Part shown: piece by piece, positions 48,918-62,631 of the stretch
Position numbering within the stretch: position 1 is the stretch's first letter
Layout of the letters: each line of letters starts with the position of its first letter
From: Camelus ferus
Lineage: Eukaryota
Length of the DNA stretch: 64,000 nt
Assembly: GCF_009834535.1 (NCBI RefSeq)
Contig: NC_045697.1
Span: 49,912,001-49,976,000, forward strand
Reading direction: 5' to 3'
Position numbers and translations under genes: made by a program
Notes under the pieces: generated by a model
Told to the model about the DNA's origin: nothing
Seen by the model: only the letters and a program-made list of their open reading frames with translations
Database searches by the model: none

Positions 48918-50950
48918 ATCTAAGCCAGCTTTGTCAATTGTACATGTGGAAACAGCTTCAGAAAGTATACATGATTTAATAATGATGTCCTTTAGCTAAC
49001 TGGAATCCTGGGTTTCTGACTTCAGTTTTCTTAAGTGTGGAAATGTACATGGGAAAAGCATTCTGGGTGATAAATCCATCTGGAATTAGAAGAATTTCTA
49101 GAAGAATTTGGGGAGATGAGATGGCTGAGAAATATAGTTTGGGAAGATTGGGGAGGATGTTGGATGCTAAATGTAGGAGTAGAAACTTCTCCCTGGGCTA
49201 CAAAGCCTTAACCCTGAGATCCAAGGAGCATCCAGACTTGAATGTGAGGTTCAGTGGATTTTTGCACATGGAGATTTCGGTGGGACGAGGAGTCCTCCAT
49301 ACAAAGTTAACAACCACTGCTCTTGGCAATGGAAGCTATTTTGGTTCTCAAATAAAGGAATAAGATAAGACTGATCTTCTAAAGATCGGTCTGGTGCAAC
49401 ATAAGAAATAGCACAGAGAGAGGATAGCCTGGAAGAGAGTGAGCAGGAGGTGACCAAAGACATCCCAGCAAAAAGTGCCTGAACAGGGCTCAGGGAGTCA
49501 TCCCTTTAGGGTAGACTCAGGAACATAGCCATGAATCAGAAAAGACTCACAATGTTTTTTTCCATTTGTTTTCTGAGGATCACCTGTGGAACTCAATTGT
49601 TGAGTGAGAAAATTACATAATGTAAATATCATCCAAACAACACTTGATTTTTTGTGTGTGATTGGGGATGGGGGCAGGGCAAAGAGGGAGAGGAAAAGGT
49701 AGTAAAAAGAGGAGCTTCTGCATCATTGGAGAGCTGCTTATTTTGCAACTAGTAGGGGCACATGGGGAAGGATGTTTTCTGTTACCTTTGCTTGAGGGTT
49801 AATAATTTTAAAGCACCTGTTAGCACCTATCTCTTTGAGAATGCTCTAGTGCCCTGATGGTGAAAAACATATTTAAAAATACACAAGGTAGCCCCATGAG
49901 TGCTGTGATTTTGCAGGTTATTTCACTTGGTAAGCACAAAGAGAATTATTCTGGTTGAACATTGTGCAATGCAGAATGAGGATTTATTTATTCAATTGCC
50001 AAATGTTTATCAAGCATCTATTATGTTCATGGCACTGATGGGCACTAGAGCCACAGAGAAGGAGAAGTCTTAATCCTTATCTTTAAGAAGCTTAAATATA
50101 TTAGGAATAGCAAAACGAACAAATGCATTTATGTACATACCCACATTGGAAACATTGCATAGCAAGTTAAACTAAGAAATAAAAATAATCATATACTTGG
50201 TGACTAATTCCATATCATCTTACAATAGCTTTTCTAAGGAGGAGCACCAGTGCTTTTATTCTCCCCAGAGATCATTATCCTAATTTTTCACTACAGTTTT
50301 ATTGAAAACCTGAAAAAAATTGACTATACAAAAGATGATAAAGAAGACCGAACATAGAATGAAACATCATTTGGGGACTTATTGATTGATGACATAGCCT
50401 TCACTTTGAATAAATAGCTTTGCATCTACCTCAGATTGCTACTGACGGAAAGCCAGCACAATTATTATTTAATACTTTGGAAATGACATCTATGTTCAAG
50501 AGAGTGCCTCATAAAGAACAGGCTCCCATAAATAATGAAGACCTAGTCTGCTTCAGAAAATTGCAGTTGAAAGTCTTAAGTGGCTCAGAGCAAGAGAAAA
50601 TAAAAGACGGAACACTCAGTAAAGCTGTTCATGGCTGGGCTGACTGGACTTAGGAAGCACTGATGGAAGAGACAGTAGACCACAGAGGACAACAGAAGCT
50701 AAGCTTGAAACTGGGGAAACTAAGGCAAAAATTCAGTCTGGGAAATTCAGGAATAGACTTTCTCCTCCTTAAATATAAGATATCAAACATCCTAATGAGC
50801 CTTTTTGACTTCTCAGTGATACCCTTAATAACTTTCTCAAAGATGGTATTTAGCACTGATCTTCTGTGTTACCATCCTCATGACTGAAGAAGCAAGTCTT
50901 TTTAATGAGAGTAATATGAATAATGTCAAGCTCAATCTGTTGAGAGCATG

Positions 50951-51360
50951 TGTATCAGTTAGCTATTGCCATGAAACAAACTACCCCAAATTAAGTGGCT
51001 GACAATGATGATCATTTAATATTATAGCTCTTATAACTACAGATTAGCTCTTGGTTTGGTGGGAGACTAAGCTTGGCTGGGGTGTCTCTACTCCATGTGT
51101 CTCTTCTCCTCTTGGGAAATACATGGACATGTACTTTCATGGTGATGGCAGAGGTCCAACATGCAAGGCCTCTGAGGACTGTGACACATCATTACTTCCC
51201 CCTCATTCTATTGGCCACAACAAGTCATGTGGCTAAACCTATAGTGAAGGGTTGGGAAGGTATACTTCATTTACACAGTGGAAGTTTGAGGTTATATGTA
51301 AAGGATGTGGATACAAGTATGGTGAAGAACTGGGGAATATTAATTCCATCTCCCTCATTG
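50951..51360 (-). mobile_element. MaLR solo LTR (MLT1H/J-like)
   Basis: 'tgtatcagttagctattgccatgaaacaaactaccccaaattaagtggct', 'cattctattggccacaacaagtcatgtggctaaacc', 'aaaggatgtggatacaag'. Confidence 0.75.
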
Positions 51361-52044
51361 TGCTAAGATGAGAAAGACTTGGATACAAATTTCAGCTCTA
51401 TTGTTTACTAATTAAACATCTCAGGTTGTTTAATCTTTCTCAGTCATCATTTACTCATCTTTAAAACTAGGTAATAAAATGGTCAGGTCCTGTTTGTAAC
51501 ATTTCTGGGCCTTAAACTAAATTAATTATCTTTTTTTCTTTTTCCTATTTTGTGTATATGGCCATATGTTTACAATCATCAAATTCTTGTAGTGATGCCC
51601 ATATCCTCTCTTTTATCCTACTCAGGACTGCCTCTATGACCTTTCAAAGATATGTTACTGACAAAAATAAAAGGGAAAAAGAAGGTGCAATTTTTCTTCA
51701 GTAAGGTAACGTCTAATAATGCAGACCTGGGTAGGTGAGGGTGTTCTCTTTTGGCTTTCAGAGTGACTATCAACATCATATAATAACCCATGCTCCTACC
51801 CAGAAATCTGAAGGATTTACTTTTCTGAATAATTAGTGTGTTTCCAATATATCCTCCAGTCATTAATATCAGAACATTATTTGATATCAGCCATAACAAT
51901 AACGTAAGCTCTGCTTCCTTGCCCAGTCCAATGTAAAGTCTCCGAGGGAATGTGTAACTGCTGCATGGAGGCTCATTTTATGAGGGTCTCCTGGGATGGC
52001 AGTAAAATGCAGTGACTAGGAACATAAATAGCTGAGTGTGTCAT

Positions 52045-52220
52045 ATTCTTTATCCCATTTAATCTTCAAAACGGCTCTGTGAGGTACATACCCATTTTAC
52101 AGATGTAGACTTTCAGGCTTAGAGAGGCTGGGTAACTAGCTTCAAGATCATATAACTAGTCAGTTGTAGCAGCTACTCTCAAATTCAGATCTAATTCTGA
52201 AGTCTGTTATTAAGCACTCT
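52045..52220 (-). mobile_element. MIR SINE remnant
   Basis: 'cccatttaatcttcaaaacggctctgtgaggtac...cccattttacagatg...aggcttagagagg'. Confidence 0.75.
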
Positions 52221-53089
52221 TTTTTTTTTTTAAATCTAGAGTTGTATTCCTGATTTAAGATTTAGAATTAAACCCTAGATATAACCTCTGATGTCAAAAA
52301 GAAAAAAAATACAACTTAACACCAACACACTACAATGAATGTCACTTGAACATTCAAATCACAGTAATTTTGCTTGTCTTTGAAAAAATTGCAAGATCTT
52401 TTTAGAAATGATTTGAATGAGCCTGTTCTCTTTTTAAAGCAGGAGGGATTCTGAAATGGTACTTTCCCTTTCCCTTTGTAAATTTCCCCGAGGCACTTAG
52501 AGGCCTTCTAAATTATTTGATTTAACCTTAGGCTGTCTGCCAAATTGAGATCATTCTTTTCCAAAATAGCCATTTCAGCATGTAAAGGTTTGAAAGACTG
52601 GCTGAAGACTTTAATGATGAGAGTCTAGTAGAAGAGACATCCCTCTAAAGTAGTTCTCTCTGTCTCTCTCTTTTATTTGTCTTTTCGTCTTTGTTTTCTG
52701 ACATCTCTCTTTTAGTCCCTCTCCTGCACCAACTCCTTAATCAAAGACGTTACAAAGTTAAATTTGGGGATCTGTATATGGAAGGGACTGGAAGGCAGAT
52801 TTTTCTGGCTATGAGCTTTGTCTTAAACCAACTAGTAGCCCCTGGGATCTTATCTTCCTTTGTTTCCTGAGCAAACATCCAATCTAACCTTTGTTGCCTG
52901 CAACCCAACTGGAGAATGAGCAGGTGAAGTTAGTGAAGTGTGAAGATTTATAGGATAGCAAAGAGTGGAGAAGTGTTGGTACCCAGACTATGCCAAATGT
53001 GGGGTGAGTTAGCTCCCACAGTGAGAACCACGTGTTTCCCAAAAGCAGATAGAGAGCGGATTTTTTTCTTCTTGGATTTCATGGCACCA

Positions 53090-53520
53090 TAGTCCTGTTC
53101 CTCCTCTAGCTCTCAGACCCCTATTCCTCATTGTCTTTTGCATGTGCTCTCTCTCCACTCTGCCTCTAATTGTAGGTGTTCTTAGGATTCAGTCCTGGAC
53201 TTTCTTTTCAGTTCACTTTATACTCTGTTAGGGAATCCTATCCTCTAACAAAGTTTTACATATAACTTGTAATCCAACAGTTTAAACTCATTTTCTATCT
53301 CTAGCTTGGATCTTCCTTGTAAACTTGAGATTCCTATATACAGCTGCCAACTTGTTGGCCCTACCCAGGGATCTCACAGGCATCTTAAACTACATGTTTG
53401 AAACTTGCTCATTGTTTCTCATCGGCCCCCTTTGCTCTGTGCTGTCTTAATAAATGCTTATTCCATCTACCTGGTTGATCGTGCCAGAAACCCAGGAGTC
53501 ATTCTTTTCCTTTATTTTCT
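53090..53520 (+). mobile_element. L2 remnant (RT region)
   Basis: 'taggtgttcttaggattcagtcctggactttcttttc', 'tatctctagcttggatc', 'tctcacaggcatcttaaactacatg', 'gccagaaacccaggagtcattctt'. Confidence 0.65.
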
Positions 53521-53539
53521 CTTTTAAAACAGTAATTTA

Positions 53540-53818
<279 letters not shown>

Positions 53819-54189
53819 TTAAAATTTAATATTATGTTAATATTTGGATGATGAATTCTTGTTGTAAATGCAATTGTCCAACAGAATATACATTGAGAAG
53901 GGCTGTCATTAGGGCCCATAGTGGTAGTTTGCCAATCAGTCTCAGGCTAAATGGTTATGTTCTTCCTAGTGGTTTTTCAGTGTCTGTGCTTTTCTCTTTA
54001 GTTTTCCACTCTGTCAGTGTGGACATCCAAACTTCAGGGTGGTGGGCAGAGGCTGTCCTTTTGCCTCAGGCCATCTTTGTTGAATTCAAGTGCTGAATGG
54101 ATGGCAGTTTGGAGGGGAGATTAGATGGAGAGGTGGATCAGGGCTGAGGGCAGTGAAGGGGAGGTGGAGACCTTTATACAATGAGGGTC

Positions 54190-54950
54190 CTCTTCAATGT
54201 CTCCTTCCCTCGGCCCACTCTCCACATCCCCAACTCATCATTCAGCCTGGCAAAATAAATCTCAAACCCACCAGTCTTCTCCACTCCACCAGCCACCATG
54301 GTCTCTCTGGACCACTGTAATAAATTAGTAGCTCTCTAGGGGGTCTTCCCGCTTTCATTCTTGCCCACATTAATCCATTTCTTACACTGTAGCCAAAATG
54401 AGCATTTGAAAACAAAAATAAAACCATCTTCTCCCTTTTTCAATTCGTTTGATGATTCCCCATGGAACATATAATATGATCCAAAATTCTTAGTGTGTCC
54501 TCCAAAGCCCTGTATAACCTGACTGCCTCCCAGACTCCTTAACCAGCACCCTCCCTTTTCCTCTTTACAGTCCAGCCACGTTTTCTTCATCACACCCAGG
54601 GCTTTCCCACCTCCGGGGTGGGGTGTGCTGTTCTCTCTGCTGGGATGTGCCTCTCCTGTTCTCTGCAGAGCTAATTAACTCCCAGTCCTCCTCCTGGGCT
54701 CAGCTGAAATAATCACTTCCTCAGAGAGACAGTTTCTAAATTTATTGATCTAAATTTCCACCCTCTGTTATATTCTTACACAATACTTTTCTTTATAATG
54801 CTTATCAAAATTTGTAATTTCATATTTATTTATGTGGTAACTGTCTCTCCTACCAGCCAGTGGCTCCAGGGGGCAGAAACAGTATCCACTTTGTTATCAT
54901 CAGCACCTTCTAGCATGTGGTAGATTGGCAATAAATATTTGTTGGACTAA
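54190..54950 (+). mobile_element. L2 3' portion
   Basis: 'gaccactgtaataaattagtagctctc', 'ctccaaagccctgtataacctg', 'tcacttcctcagagag', terminal 'caataaatatttgttggact'. Confidence 0.75.
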
Positions 54951-55574
54951 AGGTAACATAATTTTTATTATAAATTAAAATTTGTTTTTCTGAAAAATCT
55001 AACTTTTAGGGGGATCTTTGAAGAATTTATTGTGTAAGTCATCATATGAAAGACCCTACTGAGGAGTACAACAGACAGTGTATTCAGTTAGGATTTGTAA
55101 GAAATATGGAAATATTCATTAAATTGATATTAAAAAGTAAATATTGGCTAATTTATAATCATAGAAAGAAATACTTGTATAACTGTTACCTTGAAGAGCA
55201 GGCCTCTTGGGATATATTCAAAAAGTATGTTTATTTTTAATTTTCCACTGTCTGTTTAAAAGATATTCAGTGGAGAAAGTGTTTCTCTGCCCCAATTGAC
55301 GTTTACATACTGACAGCAAAAAATAATTGTACAATCACAATCTTTGTTTCAATTCAGAAGTTAACGTATCCAGTTCCTAATAATGATCCAAACTCTGAAC
55401 TTGATTTAAAGATCAAGTGTTTCCACTCCCCTCGCTGGTAGTTTTCTTCAGACAGGAAGGCAGGGAAGGAGAGGTTCCCCCATCTCTCCTTTCTCAGGTT
55501 GGGCTTCTAGCCCTCCTTCTTCCATCCTTCTCTTTTCCCTTTTGGAGGCCCCTTCTGAGAATACTTGGATGCGT

Positions 55575-56043
55575 GTCTTGTGAGTGGGCAATGCATATAT
55601 ATATTCACACACACATATATATGGAGCGGGAGAGAGAGAGGGCGAGGGAGGGGAGGGGAGGAAAAGAGAAAGAGAGAGAGAGTGTTATTGTAAGGAACTG
55701 ACTCATGTGGTCATGAGGGCTGGCAAGTCTAAGATCTGTAGAGCAGGCTGGTAGGACAGAAATTCAAGGACCGGCTGATGTTGCAGCCTTCTCTCTGAAA
55801 TCTCAGGCAGTGTTTCTACGTTGCAGTCTGGAGGAGAGTATCTTGGGAAACTTCAGTCTTTGTTCTTAAGGTCCTCAACTGACGGGATGAGGCCCACCCC
55901 TATCATGAAGAGTAATCTGCTTCTACTGACTTCTGTGTTAATCACATCTGAAAAATAGCTTTACAGGAACATCTAGACTAGTGCTGATGAAATGACTGGG
56001 CGCCACAGCCTAACCAATGTGGCACATAAAATCGGCTGCAACA
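55575..56043 (-). mobile_element. ERVL solo LTR (MLT2B-like) with internal (CA)/(GA) tract
   Basis: 'taaggaactgactcatgtgg...gggctggcaagtctaagatctgtagagcaggctgg', 'tcaactgacgggatgaggcccacccc', 'cacagcctaaccaatgtggcacataaaat'. Confidence 0.8.
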
Positions 56044-56217
56044 GACTATTTTTTGTAGGTCCCACTGTACCTACAGGGTACTCTTGGGCAAAGTTTAAAA
56101 GGGCTTCAGCTTGGCTTCCTCTCAAGTGCCATATCAAATCTAAAAATAGAGTCATACATCATTTTCCCAACAAATTTTAGTTTTTGCTTTTTCAGTAATT
56201 TCTTAATCCTCTGCCTC

Positions 56218-57920
56218 CAGCTTTATTGAGGTTTAAATGACAACACTGTAAGATATTTAAAGTGTGCATTTTGATGATCTGATAGCCATATACATTGTGA
56301 AAGGATTCTCACCTCACATATTTCTTACCCCTTCCACCCATCTTTTTTTGGTTAGAGCAGTTAGTTTCTCCACTCTCCCAGAAAATCTTCCTTATACAAT
56401 ATGGTGTTGTAAACAATAGTCACCACCATGTTTTACATTATCCTCAGACTTTATCCATCTTATACCTGAAAGTTTGTATCCTTTTACCAAATGCTCCCTA
56501 TTTTGCCCATCCCCAGCCCCTGGTAATCACTTTTCTCTACTCTATTTCAAAGAGTTTGACACTTTTAAAAGAAACATTCCACATATAATTGATACCATTC
56601 AATATTTGTCTTTCTCTGTCTGGCTTATTTCCCTTAGCCTAATGTCTTCAAGGTCCATCTAGGTTGTTGCAAATGGTAGGATTTCCTTCTTTCTCATGGC
56701 TGAGTAATATTCTATTATATATATGTATATCCATCTCATATCTTCTTTATCTATTACTCCATTGATGGAAACTTAGGTTGTTTCCATATTATGGTACCAT
56801 GAATAATGCTGCAATAAACATGGGAGTGCAGATATATCTTCAAAATTCTGTTTTTCATTTCTTTTGGGTATATTCTCAGAAGTGGGATTGCTGGATCACG
56901 GGGTGGTTCTATTTTTAATGTTTTGAAGAACCTCCATACTGATTTCCATAGTGGTTGCACTGATTTACATTTGCACCAATAGTTGAAAAGGATTTCCTTT
57001 TCTCCACATCCTTGCTACTTGTCATCTCTTGTTGTTTCAATGATGGTCAATCTAATGGGTGTGAGGTAATACCTCAGTGTGGTTTTAATTTACATTTCCC
57101 TGATGATTAGTGATGTTGAGCCCCTTTTCATGTACCGGTTGATTATATGTATGCCTTCTTTGGAAAAATTTCTATTTAGTTTCTTTGCTCATTAAAAAAA
57201 ACATCAAATTGTTTGTTTCCTGCTATTGAGTTTTATGAGTTCTTACATATTTTGGATTTTTAACCTCTTATCAGATATGTAATTTAAAAGTATTTTCCAC
57301 CATTCTATAGGTTGCCTTTTTAATTTTGTTGATTTTTCCCCCCTTTACAGAAGCTTTTTAGTTTGATATAGTCCCTCTTGTTTATTTTTATTTTTGTTGC
57401 TTTATATTTTAATGGCATATCCAAAAATCATTGAAAAGACTAATGTCAAGGAGCTGGCATCCCTTTATTTTCTTCTAGGAATTTTATAGTTTCAGGTTAA
57501 ATTTAAGTCCTTAGTCCATTTTGAGTTGATTTTTGTGTATGGTGTAAGATAGTGGTCCAGTTTCATTCTTTTGCATATGGCTGTCCAGTTTTGCCAATAT
57601 CATTTATTGAAAAGACTATCCTTTTATCATTGTATATTCTAGGCTCCTTTGTCATTAATTAGTTGAATATATGTCCATGGGTTCATTTCTGAGTTCTCTA
57701 TGCTGTTCCATTAATCTGTGTGTTTTTCCCCGTAGCTTTGATTACCGTAGCTTTGTAATATAGTTTGAAATCAGGATGTGTGATACCTTCAGCTTAGGCT
57801 ATTGGGAGTCTTCTGTGGTTCCATATAGATTTTAGGATTGTTAGTTCCATTTCTGTGAAAAATGCTTTTGGAATTTTGACAGAGATTGCACTGAATCTGT
57901 AGATTACTTTGGGTAGTGTG
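56218..57920 (-). mobile_element. Older 5'-truncated LINE-1 (L1MA9-like; ORF2 C-terminus plus 3'UTR)
   Basis: Minus ORF 56754-56960 '[35 protein letters not shown]'. Continuous L1 reverse complement to 'gagattgcactgaatctgtagattactttgggtagt'. Confidence 0.93.
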
Positions 57921-57934
57921 TTTACTCCTAAGGT

Positions 57935-58369
57935 TTATTATTCTCTTCATCCTCCTCTGTGTCCTAGGAGGTTGACATGTATCAATTAGATCAGCCAGTC
58001 TCCTTTCCTTCCTGAAGTGCAGAGGATGTTAGAGGAGACAGAAGCAAAGTTTTTTTTTTTTTTTTTTTTTTCTGTCCTATCTCCTTCCCTCCCAGACTTC
58101 AGGTTGGTAGTGGCAGAGTTCCTCTACCAAGGCCCCAGTTCCCGTCAGGTGACTGTCCAGTAACTCCAGGTCTTACTGCATTCTGCTAACTGCTCCATTT
58201 CTTCTGACCTAGGTATAGTATCCAACCTCTTGCTGCTATCCTTGTGGTTGATCACCATTCTTGTGGGTGGGTTACCACCACATTTTTGTCAATAGTCTCT
58301 TAACTAAACTCTTCTCTATTACTCTGTTTAAATGTGCCATCTATCCTGCCAGTACCCTAATGGATTACA
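57935..58369 (+). mobile_element. ERVL LTR (LTR33-like)
   Basis: 'ctctgtgtcctaggaggttgac', 'tttgtcaatagtctcttaactaaactcttctc...tgtgccatctatcctgccagtaccctaatggattaca'. Confidence 0.65.
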
Positions 58370-58794
58370 TAATTGGTGCAAAGAAGGGCCCCTATGATGA
58401 CCTTTTAAAATGGGTTTCTGGGATTGAGAGTCCTACTTATTTGATAAATATATGAATAACTTTTTTCTTACTGGGGGAAATGAGACATTGACAATCCATA
58501 TATGGTGCCATCATGATTACTCTGAGTATCACCAGCAGCAGCACATGATGTAGTATAGATGGGGGGCAAGGTAATGGGAGACCAGGTTGTTCAATTCTTC
58601 CAACACCATTTATTGAATAAACCTTTCTTCCTTTACTGATTGAAACGATCTTCTTTCCCATAAACTAAATTCTTTTATACTGAGGTATATTCTTGGGCTA
58701 TCTATTTTGTTCTGTTTATTTGGATAAGTCTCACATGATCACCCTATTTTATTGACCCTCTATGCAAGTCAAGGACATAACATTGATTCATAAT

Positions 58795-59050
58795 AAAATA
58801 GCCTCCACTCAATAGTGCTTCCTCTGTACCGGGCACTGTTTAAGTGCTTTAGGTAGATTAACTCATTTCATCTTCACAACAGCTCTATGAATAGAAGCTG
58901 TTATTATCTATGTTTTGCAGCTGTAAAATGAGGACAGAGAAGTTAAGTGACTGGCACTGTATCTCACAACCAGAAAAGCAAAGGATCTGAGATTTTAGAC
59001 TACCAAGTCTGGACTCAGAGTCTGCACTGCTAACCACTATGCAATACTAC
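58795..59050 (-). mobile_element. MIR SINE, near full length
   Basis: 'ccgggcactgtttaagtgcttt...attaactcatttcatcttcacaacagctctatga...gagaagttaagtgact...ctaaccactatgcaatact'. Confidence 0.85.
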
Positions 59051-60199
59051 CTCTAACCATGAGTGAAAGTGTCTCTTTCAGAGACTAAAAAGATACAGTC
59101 TAGGTACACTGGTCCTGATGATTTAAATTAATCAGATAGAACTTAGATAACCTAGAAAATTGCTAGTTATTTTATCTCCTAGACTGTCTCTTTCAATTAC
59201 CTGTTTCTCAAGTAACCTTCTAGTTACTGTCAGACTTTATCTGCATCAGACTAGCAAATTAAGTCCAAAACATTTTATATCTGCCCATCTTCCCTGTTCT
59301 TCACATCACTGAGTGAGCCAAAAAATTCCATTTTTTTTCTGGTGCTGGTTTCTCACAAACTATGACTGGCAACTGTATATTTATGAAGTTTCTATTGCAT
59401 TGCTAGATTCTCATTGCATTATTATAACAGATCATAGATTGCATTGATAAATGCCATGAGGAGACATAATAAATATAGTCCATTTTGACTGGGTAAAGTT
59501 CTCTTCAACTTTTCTGATCTATAAAACAGAGATTAGAACAGTGGACTCCTAGTTTTGGGATGAACATTATAAGATCATGCATGTGAGTGCAATTAATGGT
59601 GCCTGGCTTATGGTAGGTATTCAGGTAGTGTTGGTAGAATCTGAAGCTCTGGTTATTATAGTGCTAAGACTAAAGGCAGAGAGGAGATGTGGAGTGATAT
59701 ATATTTATTGAGCATTTTCCATAGACCTGGCACTATGCTTGGTGGTTTCCATGCATGTAGTTTAATACTGTGGAATTAGTTAAGTACTTTTATGAGATGA
59801 CTTCCCCATGTAGTACCAAACTATCAAATTATGGTCCAGTATTATGCAAATGACTACCTGTCATCTGGTGAAATAAAAAGGGGAAGGGGTGCCCTCAAAT
59901 ATCCTAATCACAAGTTTCCCTCCCACTCTACCCTTCAGGTAAGGTCCCCAAGCCACACAACCTTCCTTGTTAGCAAGTGGACAAGGTACAGTTTCCATTT
60001 ATCCCCAAGTAACAGGTTTCAGTTCCTGGACAATCCACAGAATTGTTCAAATAAGCCAGTTGCATCCCAATTGCAATGGGAAACATTCATCTCTTGATAC
60101 TACAAAGCTTACCTCCCACAGCCCCTGGTTGTTCACTCTGTCACTGAGTACAGCTCTGTGTGGCCTGTGAGGCACATAGTATCTTCCCTGTCCCTGGGC

Positions 60200-60739
60200 A
60201 CAGGGTAGGGCACAACCACTAAAAGAATGACATAGCCATTGAGATAAACAGCGTAGAACATAAATAGTTTAGAATCAACTAGGCCAAGATGGTGGAAGAT
60301 TTGACTTCCAGTAGACCCTGAGCCTCATTCCATGCTCATTATAATATGTTAGCATGCTAAATGATACACCCATAGGTGCCATGAGGGTTCCATAAAAGGC
60401 CAAAAAGTGGGCAGTGGCCTAATTCCTGGAAATCCTTGCCCCTACTTCAAAATAGTTGGAATAATCATCCCATTTATTAGCATATGACATTACCTAGCCC
60501 ACAAAAACTAAACACCCCCACATCCCCGGGGCTGCTCTCCCTTCTGAGACAACCACATTCTGACTATGTAATGTGTATCTCTCTAAATAAATTTGCTTTC
60601 ACTTTACTATGGCTTGCTCTTGAATTCTTTTCCTGTGCAAAGCCGGGGACAAGGACCCTTACTCGGCAGGGCACATCCCAGGGACTCGCCCAAGACCTGG
60701 GACATGACCATCCTCATGTACCCCCATTTTTCTGCAACA
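60200..60739 (+). mobile_element. ERV1 LTR, MER41-like (5' end apparently missing)
   Basis: 'cattataatatgttagcatgctaaatgatacaccca..ggtgccatga', 'aattcctggaaatccttgcccc', 'aataaatttgctttcactttactatggcttgctcttgaattcttttcctgtgcaa', ends 'ctgcaaca'. Hallmark MER41-family segments (recall). Confidence 0.75.
60423..60431. promoter_or_regulatory. GAS (STAT-binding) motif TTCCTGGAA inside the MER41-like LTR
   Basis: Exact TTCCNGGAA palindrome. Function is not shown by sequence alone. Confidence 0.45.
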
Positions 60740-60849
60740 TCCTCATAGCCTTAAGACCAGAATTCCTCTTTCCCCAACAATTTGACTAGGAAGTGGTCAA
60801 AATTCTAGAAGAAACTGAATATGATGGGTCCCACTGAATGCCCTAGATC

Positions 60850-61005
60850 ATAACTTCTCAAACTTTAATGTGGAAATAATTACCTGGAGATCTTGTTTAA
60901 AATGTCCATTCTGACTTAGTAGGCCTAAAATTGGTTTTCAGTGGGGCCTGAGATTTTCCATTTGTAACAAGCCCTCATGTGATGCAGCTGCTCCTCAGAC
61001 CCTAA
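60850..61005. mobile_element. MER5A-like hAT-Charlie MITE
   Basis: 'cttctcaaacttt...ttacctggagatcttgtttaaaatg...agtaggcct...gtggggcctgaga...taacaagccctcatgtgatgc'. Confidence 0.75.
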
Positions 61006-61115
61006 GAGACCCAGAACCCAGGCCAGGGAGACCTGGAATGTTCACTTGTATCACTCATCAATGACCTTACCTTACAATCATCTGGGAATTTGGCACATCA
61101 AGAAGTGATTGATAG

Positions 61116-61686
61116 TGTTACCCGAAAACTGGTATCACCTTTTGGTGGGTGTCTAGCCAAAAGACACAAACAAGACAAAGATCATGAGAAGGAAGAATTT
61201 GTTACTACTTGCAACAAGTAAGGAGAACACTGGGAATCTTTCCCAAAGCAATGTCTCCCCAAATAGCAAAGTTGGGGAGGTTTTAAGCTAAGGGTACATG
61301 CATAATCATGAAGGGGCTGGAGCAGAGGAGAATTTAGCAGAGAACTGGGGCAAAGGTTGACAGAGTCTAGGCTTAAGTTGATTGAAGTCAGCAGGGTCAG
61401 TATCATTATTCCATCCTCCACCTTGGTGGGGGGGTCTCAGTTCCAGTAGAACTCAAAGATATATTATTGTGTATATCCTTTGGGGAGGAACTCTGCTTTA
61501 TCACTGCACCGTGGTTTGACTGCCTTTTCTCTATTCTTGCATTTCTTTGTTCCCTTAAGATAATACATTATTAAACCCTGTTCAAGGGCAAGCATTGTGG
61601 CCTGGCTTAGATCACAAAATGGTTTTTCTTAGGACAGCCATGCCTGGTTCTCTTTCTCCGAGGACCCCTTAACCAATCTACTTACA
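61116..61686 (-). mobile_element. ERV1-class solo LTR (571 bp)
   Basis: TG...CA ends (tgttacc...cttaca). 4-bp TSD atag / atgg with one mismatch. LTR-like U3/R/U5 composition. Confidence 0.75.
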
Positions 61687-62631
61687 ATGGTACCTTCTTG
61701 GAACTGAAACATTCAGCCTGAGGGATTGGAAACTGACTAGGATCTATGTAAGATGGAAAATCTACCAGAACCAGAAGCAAGAAACTGCTTAGAGGTCACA
61801 TGGCCAGGAGACCCATAGTAGCTGGGAGAAAAGGGACTTCAGTTTCTGCCTTGCTCTGGCTACTCTGTGATCGAAGACTGCTACTATTTTAAAGAAGGAA
61901 ATGATGGTCTCCATGAAGTTTATCACTAGATTTCTTAGGATTAAAGAACTTTTCTTATTTCTATTAGGTTTTTAATAAGGCTTATAGGGAAAATGTCTGA
62001 TTCTGAGAAAGTGGGAAAAGAGACAAAAGATTTGTTGCAAAGGGCCCTAATAAACAAGCCAGATACTTCTCAGTGAGAAGGACAGGAGGAGAGCAACAGA
62101 AGAAGGGCTGGATGAAATCAAATCATGTTTTCTGCAGGAAGCCTGACCTCAGTGAAAATCCAAAAGCAGAGGCCCCCAAGGAGTCCTTCTGCTCCCAGGA
62201 GACAGTGCAGATTAGATTGGCCTTATGCTTAGCAGACAGGCCTTGATACTAAATTCTCTTGACCTTCTCATGTGATTCTTGTCAGCCTGGCCCTCATTTG
62301 TTAAGCTTGCTTTAATTATGTGCATAATGGCTCATTATTTTTTTATAAAGAAAACAGCAAAGGAAACAATTATGCAAATGAATGAGGTTTGTTGTTCACC
62401 AAGGAGCTGTGGCTACTTGGGCACTGATACAAAAACACCATTGCCAAACACAGTGTCAAAAGGAACCCCACTAATCTCTGAGATCTCTTTCAGTATATCA
62501 GTACCTACAGGATAAACTTTATGTCCAAGAACAAAGATAAGACACCAGAAAAAATCACTTAGGTCCAGGGGCTTTGATCAGAACAGTTACTCTTCCTTGT
62601 TAACACTGAAGGCTTATCCAAGTTGTTCAAG

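Larger units (their letters stand above)
59769..60803 (+). mobile_element. ERVL LTR (MER54-like), interrupted at about 60198-60739
   Basis: 'tgatactacaaagcttacctcccacagcccctggttgttcactctg' resembles MER54. Its 3' end appears to resume at 60740 ('tcctcatagccttaag...taggaagtggtcaaaa'). Confidence 0.6.
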
